IMG/VR virus record: IMGVR_UViG_3300037462_000665
Coordinates: 1-30,900 of that record
Strand: one strand, 5' to 3'
Origin: a virus
Taxonomy: Duplodnaviria; Caudoviricetes
Length of the DNA: 30,900 bases
Of this stretch, positions 17,790 to 25,816 are shown piece after piece. How positions within the stretch are numbered: the stretch's first letter is position 1; every line of letters starts with the position of its first letter. The notes beneath the pieces were generated by a model. The model saw only the letters and a list, made by a program, of their open reading frames with translations, was not told where the DNA came from and ran no database searches. The translations under genes and the position numbers were made by a program.

Positions 17790-19195
17790 ATCCGCCCGCC
17801 TTCCTCAATCTCGCCGCCATACTTCGCGTGCAGAGCGACGCCGCCCGAAAAAGAATCAATGAGATCGTCAAATGCGCCGTTGGGAAACTGCGCGGTCTCA
17901 GTGAGCAAATCCGTCCACTGCGGGCGCATGCCAATCAAAATCACCTTCCGGTCGCGCTGCCGCGCCGCCCATCCGAGCGCGCGGAGGTACTTGTCGCCGT
18001 CCACCTGGCACTCTTCAATCGGGACGTGCGAGAGTTCGCGATCCTCGCGAAATTCCTGCACGGCGGCGATGCCATGCAGTTTCGCCTCGACGCCCTGCAC
18101 GATGGGATCGCGCAGCATGACTTCTTTGATGATCCTCCGCGCCTCGGGCCACTCTTTCTTGAATCGGATTGGCTCGCGCGCCCAAATCGTCCCGTGGTCG
18201 TCAATGGCCACGGCGACCGACGCCGTCGCCGAAGAGCGGTCATGCGTTTTGAGCGCCAAATCCCAATACCGCACCCAAAACAGTCCCTCCGGCGGCGCGT
18301 CCGCGAATTCAAAACAGTCGTTGTTAAAAACGCCCCCTTTGCGCGGCGTCGGACGCTGTTGATACAGCGATTCCCAATCCTGTTCAGGCAGCGTGGCTTT
18401 TGTTTGGAGCAGGTTTTCGAGCGGAAATCGTTGGGTGCAGAGCGGCTCCCCCGGCTGCCGCCCCAGCGGGTCGTCCTCTTCGGCGAGCGCCATGAGATTC
18501 AACAATTCCCACTGGTCAGCTTTGGCATTCGCAGACGCCTCATACAAGAGTTTGCCAGCCAGATCGCGGTGATGCCAGCGCGTCATGATCAGAATCACCC
18601 AGGCGGTTTTTTGCAGTCGAGTGCGAAGCGCGCTCACCCACCAATTCCAAACCCGTTGGCGATACGTTTCCGATTCCGCCTCAATGCGATCCTTGATTGG
18701 ATCATCAATGATCAATCCATCCAGCGGCGTTCCAGTGATTCCCGCTCCAACGCCGACGGACTTCATTCCGCCGTGCGCCAGCGTTTCCCACTCCCGCACC
18801 GATTTGATGAACGGCGACAGCGGAATGCGTTCGGCGGCGATTTGCAGATTCCGCCGCCCGAATTTGTTGGCGAATGACTGATTATAGCTCCCGACCCCGA
18901 CGCGAAATTTCGGATCGCGCTCCACAAGATAGGCCGGGAATCGCTCGGTGAGGAGGCTGCTTTTCCCGTGCTGGGGGGGGACCGTGACGATCAGGCGGCG
19001 AATATCGCCGCGCAGGATCGCGTCCAGCTTCTTTTGAATCAGCAGCAGGTGGGGCCAATCCCAATCAAAATCCGGCGAGACCTCTTTCAGCCACTGGTTG
19101 TAGGTGGGAAAAACGGCGGACGCGCGTTGACGCTCGCGGGCATTGGCGCACGCCGCGCGAAATCTTTCCTCCGCCGATGGACGTTTACCCGCCAA
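17783..19195 (-). CDS. terL: Terminase large subunit
   Basis: Walker A PPQHGKS, Walker B IIDDP, MTRWH..DL.G, YQQ.P, nuclease WDLA and DDLIDS. Confidence 0.95.
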   Translation of the reverse strand: MAGKRPSAEERFRAACANARERQRASAVFPTYNQWLKEVSPDFDWDWPHLLLIQKKLDAILRGDIRRLIVTVPPQHGKSSLLTERFPAYLVERDPKFRVGVGSYNQSFANKFGRRNLQIAAERIPLSPFIKSVREWETLAHGGMKSVGVGAGITGTPLDGLIIDDPIKDRIEAESETYRQRVWNWWVSALRTRLQKTAWVILIMTRWHHRDLAGKLLYEASANAKADQWELLNLMALAEEDDPLGRQPGEPLCTQRFPLENLLQTKATLPEQDWESLYQQRPTPRKGGVFNNDCFEFADAPPEGLFWVRYWDLALKTHDRSSATASVAVAIDDHGTIWAREPIRFKKEWPEARRIIKEVMLRDPIVQGVEAKLHGIAAVQEFREDRELSHVPIEECQVDGDKYLRALGWAARQRDRKVILIGMRPQWTDLLTETAQFPNGAFDDLIDSFSGGVALHAKYGGEIEEGGRIW

Positions 19196-19706
19196 ACTTG
19201 AGCCTCACCTTCTCAAAAATGTCGTCTGCGAGTTTGAGCAATTCGCCGACCAATTCCGGCTTCAATTCGCCTAAGACTTCCAACAGCGTTTCCCAAGACA
19301 CAACGAAGGCTTCCAGCGTGTTCGTTCCGGCTCTCAGCTTGGACATCATTTCCGTGATCTGCGAGCACGTCCCGCGAAAGGTGTCCAAAGCCTTCGCCTC
19401 AAAATTGCCGCTCTCTATTTCCGCGTACAGCAGATCCCGCACGCTCGACAATTGGCGCAATTGCTTTTCGCCCTGCGTCTCGGCCCGAAGGAGCGACGCA
19501 TTTCGGATGTGGATTTCGAGGGAGCGATCAAACCCGTAGCGGCGCACCCAATTCTTTTCATCGGAACGAGACAGGTTTTGGCGCGACCAGTTGTGGTATC
19601 CGGCGCGCCTCATGTCGGCTTCAATAGCCTCGAAATTGCGCCCGCCGTATTTCAGGTACAGCGAGCGCGCCAACTCTACCGCCTCATTCGGATAGGAACT
19701 CGCCAT
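19185..19706 (-). CDS. Putative terminase small subunit
   Basis: N-terminal HTH-like ARSLYL...EAI and W...Y, helical body, overlaps the terL start. Confidence 0.65.
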   Translation of the reverse strand: MASSYPNEAVELARSLYLKYGGRNFEAIEADMRRAGYHNWSRQNLSRSDEKNWVRRYGFDRSLEIHIRNASLLRAETQGEKQLRQLSSVRDLLYAEIESGNFEAKALDTFRGTCSQITEMMSKLRAGTNTLEAFVVSWETLLEVLGELKPELVGELLKLADDIFEKVRLKFGG

Positions 19707-19707
19707 G

Positions 19708-19983
19708 TCATTTCACCGCCGACTGCGTTTGCGTTTGCAGCACCTCAACTCTGACGAGCCGCGCTTCCTGCTTGGCGATGGCGTCCGATTGGCCGTCAAT
19801 CTTTCGCTCAATGGCGTCAAGCCTCGCGCTGACGTGCTCCAACCTGAGCAGGATTTCTTTGTTTCCACCGCCGGAAACCAACTCGAAGGCTTTTTGCCCT
19901 AGAGCGAAGCACCCAAGCAGGCAAACCAAAACCAAACCCAAGAGCGTCGCTTTTGGAAGTTCAACCGTATGTCCGTTGTTCAT
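19708..19983 (-). CDS. Membrane-anchored coiled-coil protein
   Basis: Hydrophobic LLGLVLVCLLGCFAL followed by heptad repeats; typical of the lysis-terminase interval of Mu-like phages. Confidence 0.65.
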   Translation of the reverse strand: MNNGHTVELPKATLLGLVLVCLLGCFALGQKAFELVSGGGNKEILLRLEHVSARLDAIERKIDGQSDAIAKQEARLVRVEVLQTQTQSAVK

Positions 19984-20037
19984 GGTTATCGCCTCGCACC
20001 GCCGAGTTTCAAAGTCCTGCGGGCGGCGCATAGTTCC

Positions 20038-20718
20038 TTAGCTCCCTTGTCGAATTGCGGCGCGAACAATCACGAGCCAGCGATGCCGGTGCGCCAGTCC
20101 GATCAACCCGCCGTTGATTTTGCGCGTCACGCCGCGCAGGTCGTCCGCGTCGGCCGGGGCGTTGCAATTGCGTTCGCGCCAGTAGGCGCCCGCCACCCGG
20201 GCCGCCGCCTCCGGCGAAGCCGCCGCCTCCGGCTCATTCTCCAGCGGCGCGTCCAGCAGCCGCCCGAACCGCCGATAGTTGTCGCGTCCGGTCAGCTGAA
20301 AGATGCCCCGGCCGCGATAGCGAAATCCGTCGCCGCGCTCGGTGTTGCCGAGCCGTCGGGCCAGGCTCGTCGGCGGCTCATATCGCCGCTGTTGGGGCGT
20401 GGGGCCCCAGAGTTCGCGCATCCACCGGAACGCCCCGCTTTCATGCAGGGATTGCGCGGCGAAATGTTCCGCCCGGCGCAGCGTATCAATGCCGTATTCC
20501 GTCGCCGCCCGTTCAATCTCGCGCAGCAATTCCGGATTGGCCCGTGGCGCCAGCCGCCGGAGGATGTCCGCCGTCAGAGGCGGTTTCGCGCGCTCAACTT
20601 GCGCCGGCGGACACTCGCACGGGCATGGTCCGCTCGCCTCAGCGCGTAATCCCGCCGATGGCCAAAGCCAGCACGACCAGCCCGCCAAACAGCACAACAG
20701 AAGCAAAAACCAGCGCAT
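20038..20718 (-). CDS. GH19 family endolysin with signal-peptide-like N-terminus
   Basis: F.AQ..HESG, GDG.RYRGRG..QLTGR.NY, VTRKINGG motifs. Confidence 0.92.
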   Translation of the reverse strand: MRWFLLLLCCLAGWSCWLWPSAGLRAEASGPCPCECPPAQVERAKPPLTADILRRLAPRANPELLREIERAATEYGIDTLRRAEHFAAQSLHESGAFRWMRELWGPTPQQRRYEPPTSLARRLGNTERGDGFRYRGRGIFQLTGRDNYRRFGRLLDAPLENEPEAAASPEAAARVAGAYWRERNCNAPADADDLRGVTRKINGGLIGLAHRHRWLVIVRAAIRQGS

Positions 20719-21061
20719 AGGCCGTGTTGCCTTTCTTCAATTCCTCGACGAGATTGACCGAACGTAGCCCGAAAGTGTCCGCCGCCCATACCAAGAGCAT
20801 CATAAAAGAGAATGCGCACAACGCCTGCGCCGGGAAGAGCAGCCACAGCGCGCGCTCCAGCGCCAGCCAGAGCAAAATCGCGCCCATCGCCAATCCGCCC
20901 GCGAAAATCCATCCCAATCGCCGCACGTCAGCGGCATAGGGCGATTCCGCTCGCAGCGGCGCATCCACTGATTCCCGATCAACTTGCGCTTCCAGTTCGG
21001 CGATCCGCTGGCGTTGTTGGCGAATCACTTTTGCCAAATTATCCGAGTTGGATTCATTCAT
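20639..21061 (-). CDS. Holin-like membrane protein (DUF350-like)
   Basis: About three TM segments, EELKKGNTAYAL motif, adjacent to the endolysin. Confidence 0.65.
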   Translation of the reverse strand: MNESNSDNLAKVIRQQRQRIAELEAQVDRESVDAPLRAESPYAADVRRLGWIFAGGLAMGAILLWLALERALWLLFPAQALCAFSFMMLLVWAADTFGLRSVNLVEELKKGNTAYALVFASVVLFGGLVVLALAIGGITR

Positions 21062-21509
21062 GCGCTTCAATCACCAATTTCGGCTTGCCTTTGGAAACAT
21101 TTTTGACAATCGCGGCGAACACATCCGCGCTGAGATATTTTTCAGCTTTCGCGATCAAAACGCTCAGGCATTCCGTCCCGCCCGGCGCAACCCGCAGGAA
21201 GTCGGCCGGCTCAATCTGGCGCACAACATCCTGCGCCAGACGCGCCCTGCCCTGCGCACAGGAGATCAAATCCCGCTTTTCTTCCATGAGAATCTGTTGA
21301 ACGACCGCCGACGACGAGGAGATTTTTTCCTCGCACTCGCGCAAATCATCCGCAAATTCCTGTTCCGCGTTCCGGCGCGCCTCTTCGTAGATCGCGCGAA
21401 TCGGCGACAATTTCGCCTCCAACGCGGCCTGCAAATTCTTTCGCTGCGCGGCAAAATGCAGGTTCGTGGCAATGGCGTTTTCAATTTGTTGGCGATTGGA
21501 TTTTTTCAT
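21054..21509 (-). CDS. Gam-like coiled-coil protein (tentative)
   Basis: 151 aa, long N-terminal coiled coil then beta-rich part ending KLVIE, like Mu Gam architecture; no exact motif recognised. Confidence 0.45.
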   Translation of the reverse strand: MKKSNRQQIENAIATNLHFAAQRKNLQAALEAKLSPIRAIYEEARRNAEQEFADDLRECEEKISSSSAVVQQILMEEKRDLISCAQGRARLAQDVVRQIEPADFLRVAPGGTECLSVLIAKAEKYLSADVFAAIVKNVSKGKPKLVIEAHE

Positions 21510-21574
21510 GCCGCCAGTTTCGCCCGGCGCCCGCTATATTCAACCCCGAAATGTCGGCTTTGCCGCTTTTGCTG
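21510..21574 (-). promoter_or_regulatory. Putative activator-dependent late promoter 1 (leaderless)
   Basis: 34-bp motif shared with 14585-14618; TTGAAT-16 bp-GAAACT-6 bp-ATG; no SD. Confidence 0.7.
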
Positions 21575-21604
21575 AAATTCCGCCTGAATTTTTCGCTGCG
21601 CTGA

Positions 21605-21613
21605 TGGTATATT
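21605..21613 (+). promoter_or_regulatory. Extended -10 element for the divergent HTH gene
   Basis: TGgTATATT, 34 nt upstream of ATG 21648. Confidence 0.5.
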
Positions 21614-21647
21614 TTTTTCCCCGCGCCACTCCCTTTGAGAGAACCTT

Positions 21648-21869
21648 ATGCACCAGCAACCGAGAACTTTCCTTCGCATTTCGGAGATTCGCAATCGGCT
21701 GCTCAACCGGCGCGTTGTCGTGCCGGTGCCGGACGCCCGGACGATCCGCTCGCTCATCGAGTCCGGCGTCCTCCAGGGGCACCACAGCGATCTCGGCTGG
21801 GGCGCCTACGAGGACTCGTTTGACGAGTTCGTCCGCCGGATGCAGTCCGGCCAGCGCCACAACGCCTAA
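21648..21869 (+). CDS. Excisionase/MerR-type winged HTH protein, candidate late activator
   Basis: FLRISEI...RTIRSLIESG.L.G.....W.....S..EF pattern of HTH_17-like proteins; own promoter and terminator; only credible plus-strand gene. Confidence 0.75.
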   Translation: MHQQPRTFLRISEIRNRLLNRRVVVPVPDARTIRSLIESGVLQGHHSDLGWGAYEDSFDEFVRRMQSGQRHNA

Positions 21870-21880
21870 ACGCCTAAAAG

Positions 21881-21908
21881 AAAAAAGCCCGCCATCACTG
21901 GCGGGCTT
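21881..21908. terminator. Terminator hairpin between convergent genes (copy 1 of 22-bp repeat)
   Basis: AAAAAA-GCCCGCCA-TCAC-TGGCGGGC-TT; U-tract on the minus strand. Confidence 0.85.
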
Positions 21909-21934
21909 CATCATAGGTTTCCTTGCTTTTGGCT

Positions 21935-22405
21935 TTATGCTGCGGCGAGCAACCCAAGCGGGTCCTCGATCCGAAGAGAAATCTCTGGCGAGAGATCGGC
22001 CCACTCCTCGTACGTGGCGTTGTGGTTGATCCAATCTCGACATAAGGATAGGACGGGCGCCTCATCAAGGACCTCGCCGTCAAGCCGAATCACCGAAAAT
22101 TTCGACGATCCCGCTTCAGTCGCCAGCCGATCTGGATTGGCCATCATTCCAAATCGTAGGAAATTCGCATGCAGTCCCGCAACTTCCGGGAATCCTCTGT
22201 GGATGATCTTCACTGGCACTCCGGCCCACGACAGCCGGTCTCCGTCCCAAAATGATACGCGTTGCGACAGGCGGTGCGCGACCTGCGCGGCGAGCACTTG
22301 GAGCGCATGCAGGTCGGAATCCTGCACGTCCTCCGCCTGTAGGCGGTATTTAATCCCTCGGTCCAAAATGGTTCTGTTTGTCTCTTTGATAAGTTTTATA
22401 TTCAT
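21935..22405 (-). CDS. Moron-like hypothetical protein (156 aa)
   Basis: AGGAG RBS 5 nt before ATG, AT-richer 5' region, flanked by identical hairpins. Confidence 0.75.
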   Translation of the reverse strand: MNIKLIKETNRTILDRGIKYRLQAEDVQDSDLHALQVLAAQVAHRLSQRVSFWDGDRLSWAGVPVKIIHRGFPEVAGLHANFLRFGMMANPDRLATEAGSSKFSVIRLDGEVLDEAPVLSLCRDWINHNATYEEWADLSPEISLRIEDPLGLLAAA

Positions 22406-22498
22406 AGGTTCTCCTGTGGGTGTTGGGGTTGCGCCGTGACAACCCCTATTTTGCACATATTCAAACTGTCGTTAAGGTTTTTTTTCAAACCGGATAAC

Positions 22499-22524
22499 GC
22501 CCGCCATCACTGGCGGGCTTTTTT
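22499..22524. terminator. Terminator hairpin (copy 2 of 22-bp repeat)
   Basis: GCCCGCCA-TCAC-TGGCGGGC-TTTTTT; overlaps the stop codon of the last gene of the early operon; U-tract on the plus strand. Confidence 0.7.
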
Positions 22525-22701
22525 GTTGACGCGCAAGCGTCGGCGCGGCACGAAATGTATTTTCCCCTGCGCGTCCACGACGGCGGCGGTCGCGAATCGG
22601 ACGCTGACGACACATTTCCCGCGCGCGTCGCGGACCGGGTCGCACTGCATCCCAACCAATTCCGGCCGCGTGCCGCGTGCGCCCAAAAACGTATACCGCA
22701 C
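22507..22701 (-). CDS. Small basic hypothetical protein
   Basis: GGAGG RBS and TAGTG overlap with the upstream gene; RYTFLG...CDPVR...GKC. Confidence 0.65.
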   Translation of the reverse strand: MRYTFLGARGTRPELVGMQCDPVRDARGKCVVSVRFATAAVVDAQGKIHFVPRRRLRVNKKARQ

Positions 22702-22955
22702 TACGCCGCGCCTCCCGTCACGCAATCATCGTCATCGTCATCGTCATCCTCATACTCTTCAAACACCAAAACATTGACTTTCAAAGCCCCAATTTGGTCA
22801 CGATTCAATTTATTCTTCGATTGAACCGCGTGCCAGAGTTCGATTCGTTTTCCGAATGACATCTCGACCCGAATGTCATCAGGAACTCTTTTCAATGCCG
22901 CTTTGAGTTCGCCGACGTTTCGACAGACAAACTGTTTTTTCGGATACGTCGTCAT
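22701..22955 (-). CDS. Small hypothetical protein with poly-Asp tail
   Basis: ATGA overlap with the ATPase; VGELK.AL..VPDD motif common in small phage proteins. Confidence 0.7.
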   Translation of the reverse strand: MTTYPKKQFVCRNVGELKAALKRVPDDIRVEMSFGKRIELWHAVQSKNKLNRDQIGALKVNVLVFEEYEDDDDDDDDCVTGGAA

Positions 22956-24046
22956 GCTGATACTCCCTTCTGCAAAATCTGCGGGCCTGTCGCGGCGCGC
23001 ATCACCGCCGCCGTCGCCTTTTTCTCGCCGACCGCCCACGCTTCCGTCAGGGCGCGGTTGCAGGCGTTGCCGAGCGCGAGCGGCGTGCGGTGCGTTTGCG
23101 CCAGGCCGGTGACGAGGCTTTTGTCAATGATTGCCTCGGCTGATACGCCCGCCGTGGTCATGCGGCGCTGGACGTAACTCCACGCCGTCGCCGCCGTCAG
23201 CGCCGGGACAGACGCAATTTCAATCCGCTGCGCAACCTCAGAGAAGCGAAAATCCTCCAGCCGCGCGGCCAATCGCTCTTGCCCGAACAGGAGCACCCCA
23301 AGCCACCGTTCATAGCCGCCGTCACCGAGCTCATGAAAACGCTTTTGCACCCGCAGCACGCGGTCGTCGAGCTCGTGCGCCTCTTCGTAGCACAGCGCAA
23401 TCGAAACCCCCTCGGACGCTCTCGCTTCCAGCAGCGCGCAGAGTCGGCGTTCGCGCAAATCCAAATCCTGCGGGACCGGCTGACTGAATTGGCGAAGAAT
23501 CGCCGCGTAAATCATCCCGACCGTCACGCTGCGCATATCGCGATATTCCGGCCACACCAGCACGAGCGCGCCTGCGCTCTTCTTGGCATCCGAGACGAGC
23601 CGCTTGCGGAGCTCGCTCTTGCCCGCGCCCGGCGCGCCGCACACGGCCAAGAATCCCTGTCCCGTCGCGGCGGATTTGATGCGGGCGTAGAGAGCCTCCA
23701 AATCGGGCGAAAACCACGCCTCTTCGCGGCTCTGCGGCGGGTCGGAAAAGGGGTCGCGGGTCAGTCCGAAATGCTGCTGTTGTTGGCGGGTCAAAATCGT
23801 TCGTCGTTCCATTACGTCCTCCTGTGGTAAAAATGGCGTCATCTGCGGAGTCGGGTCGCTTCCGATCTCCGCCAGTCTGCGGCGAATGGCGTTGCCTACC
23901 ATCGGCAACGTCCGCCGCCGCACATGTTCGGAAGCCTCTCCCATTAGGACTCGCCGGACAGTGGAAGGGGCGGCCCCATTCGCCGCCCCTCCACACATTC
24001 CCGCAAAGTCCCGTAAGCTCAGGTTCAGTTGTTCCAAAATTTGCAT
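22952..24046 (-). CDS. Transposition AAA+ ATPase (MuB analogue, ExeA-like, N-terminal HTH)
   Basis: HFGL.RDPF, Walker A GAPGAGKS, Walker B CYEEAH, LFGQ..L, EVAQR; follows the transposase. Confidence 0.92.
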   Translation of the reverse strand: MQILEQLNLSLRDFAGMCGGAANGAAPSTVRRVLMGEASEHVRRRTLPMVGNAIRRRLAEIGSDPTPQMTPFLPQEDVMERRTILTRQQQQHFGLTRDPFSDPPQSREEAWFSPDLEALYARIKSAATGQGFLAVCGAPGAGKSELRKRLVSDAKKSAGALVLVWPEYRDMRSVTVGMIYAAILRQFSQPVPQDLDLRERRLCALLEARASEGVSIALCYEEAHELDDRVLRVQKRFHELGDGGYERWLGVLLFGQERLAARLEDFRFSEVAQRIEIASVPALTAATAWSYVQRRMTTAGVSAEAIIDKSLVTGLAQTHRTPLALGNACNRALTEAWAVGEKKATAAVMRAATGPQILQKGVSA

Positions 24047-24057
24047 TTGGTTTCCTT

Positions 24058-25815
24058 TCAGCCTGCGCTGCGCAGGCGTGGCTCCGCCGCCCCGGCTTTC
24101 CAGGCGAGGCGGATTTCATCGGTTGTGACCTCGTCGCGCCCGGCGAAAATCGCATCCAGGCGCGCGATTATTTCGGGCGAAAGCGGCGGCTCGGCAAAGC
24201 CTTCGGCCAGCAGCCAGCGCCGCGCCGCCATCGGTTCGAGCAGTTCGCCCGCGTCGGCGAAAATTTCGGGCGTCGGCTCTTCCGCCGGGGCCGGAAATTC
24301 CAGAATCGTGGCCGGCGTTTCGCCCGCCGGATTCAGCCCCAAAACACCGAGCAACGCCGGGTCAATGTCCTCCCGTCGGATCGGAAGCGGCGTCGCCGCC
24401 GGTTCGGGAATCAACCCCCGCTCCGCGTCCGAAGCGTGGTAGAGCGGCACGACCAGCGAACCCGGCTTCAATTCTTCTTTGGCGTGCCGTTTCAATTCCT
24501 TCGCGAGGCGGCGCGCATCCGAATCAGGGATGGCGCGATACTCGCCGAAGGCGTGCGGTGAGAACTTGACGCGCGAGACCTTGACCTCTTCGCGGTTTGC
24601 GAGGCGCACCACGAACCACCCGACGGCATCCGAGCCGTCCGCTTCGAGCGTTGGCCAGATGATTCTGACCTTCCGATTCTTGGCTTGCACCAGCGACAGG
24701 AACGGCTCTTCGTGCGGCAACGCCCACGATTCGCCGTCCACCCGCACGGTGAGGTCGTTGCGCACCGTCACGTCGTCGAACAATCGGCAGCGGAACAGAT
24801 GATCAATCCCCGGCGGAATGGAGCGGACATGCGTCAATCCCGCACGGAACTGCGTGAGCGGCGCCGTCCCCGTCGCCCGATTCGGGTGCCGGTTGTAGCG
24901 CGCCGTGTAGCCGTCGAGAAATCGGTTGATATCCGCCAGCGTCGGATGCTTCACCAGCCCCAAGAGGCGGTTGTATTTGTCCGTCACGCGAAAGGAATTC
25001 TCGACCGCGCCCGACGCCCGTGAGTTGCGCGGGGCGTGCTGCACCAGGCGATAGCCCCCGTCGTCGGCGAGCGCCCGGTTGAGCAGTTCCGCCGCGTGCC
25101 GAATCATGTCGCCGGTCAATTCGCCGCCGTTGTCGGTGTATTCGGCGTAGGGAATCCCCCACAGCCGAAACAATTCCAATCGGCAGTTGAGAGTGTCCTG
25201 CTGCGTGGGCACGCGCCCCGAAATGGCGCGCAGAAACCATCGGCGCGAGTATTTGTCCCGCGCCGAGTAAATCCAAACCCGTTCGTAGCCCGCTTGCATC
25301 GGGTGATTGCGCTCCTCCGATCCCGGCACGGTCAGGACCCGCCGGGTCGTCGGATCGAGCCACCTTTCTTTGCACGCCGACCAGTCGGAGACGACCGCCT
25401 CCAACGGCCGCCGCGCTTCAAACCGGACGTGCGCGGTCGGGCGCGCCCGTGTCGCTGCGTCCAGGCCGCTTTCCCGCAGGTAGCGCCGGAAAGTGCTCTG
25501 CGCGACCGGCGTCTCTCCGTCGTGATTGAGTTGCGCCGTCTCCCATGCGAGAGCCGGGTCGAGGTTGTACCCCACGACCAACGCGGCGGCGGTTTTCAGC
25601 GCCGGGTGCTCAAAGTCCGCCGCCCTGGCGCCTGCGTCCGACCGCCGCTTGCGCCGTCCCCGGACCTCCGCCGTCAGGTCGTAGAGCCGCTGCACGCCGA
25701 CCTCGTATTTCCGCGATAGCGCCAGTATTTGCCGCTTCGCCGCCGGGCCCGACAGCCCGGCGACAACCTGACGAATATCGGCAATCTCTTCAGGCGTCAG
25801 TTTGTGTTTTGGCAT
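24058..25815 (-). CDS. DDE transposase (MuA analogue, B3/BcepMu-type)
   Basis: RKRRSDAG motif; catalytic triad VVSD, YTDNG, RASGAVE; GAGGAG RBS before ATG 25815. Confidence 0.93.
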   Translation of the reverse strand: MPKHKLTPEEIADIRQVVAGLSGPAAKRQILALSRKYEVGVQRLYDLTAEVRGRRKRRSDAGARAADFEHPALKTAAALVVGYNLDPALAWETAQLNHDGETPVAQSTFRRYLRESGLDAATRARPTAHVRFEARRPLEAVVSDWSACKERWLDPTTRRVLTVPGSEERNHPMQAGYERVWIYSARDKYSRRWFLRAISGRVPTQQDTLNCRLELFRLWGIPYAEYTDNGGELTGDMIRHAAELLNRALADDGGYRLVQHAPRNSRASGAVENSFRVTDKYNRLLGLVKHPTLADINRFLDGYTARYNRHPNRATGTAPLTQFRAGLTHVRSIPPGIDHLFRCRLFDDVTVRNDLTVRVDGESWALPHEEPFLSLVQAKNRKVRIIWPTLEADGSDAVGWFVVRLANREEVKVSRVKFSPHAFGEYRAIPDSDARRLAKELKRHAKEELKPGSLVVPLYHASDAERGLIPEPAATPLPIRREDIDPALLGVLGLNPAGETPATILEFPAPAEEPTPEIFADAGELLEPMAARRWLLAEGFAEPPLSPEIIARLDAIFAGRDEVTTDEIRLAWKAGAAEPRLRSAG

Positions 25816-25816
25816 G

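Noticed and set aside
17322-18877. Plus-strand ORFs of 346 and 349 aa, and similar ones at 14067-14969 and 27263-28381
   Set aside because: Lie opposite terminase, portal and other clear genes; typical high-GC shadow ORFs
21540-22043. 167-aa minus-strand ORF with an internal RBS-ATG near 21914
   Set aside because: Runs through a strong terminator and is antisense to the better-supported HTH gene; treated as a remnant start signal
22440-22490. Specific -35/-10 boxes for the moron promoter
   Set aside because: AT-rich and promoter-like, but no convincing hexamer pair with correct spacing, so not listed as a feature
22952-25815. Tn7-like or CRISPR-associated transposon, or type II secretion ExeA
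   Set aside because: No TniQ/TnsD, Cas or secretion genes; the context and motifs fit a B3-type phage transposase-ATPase pair
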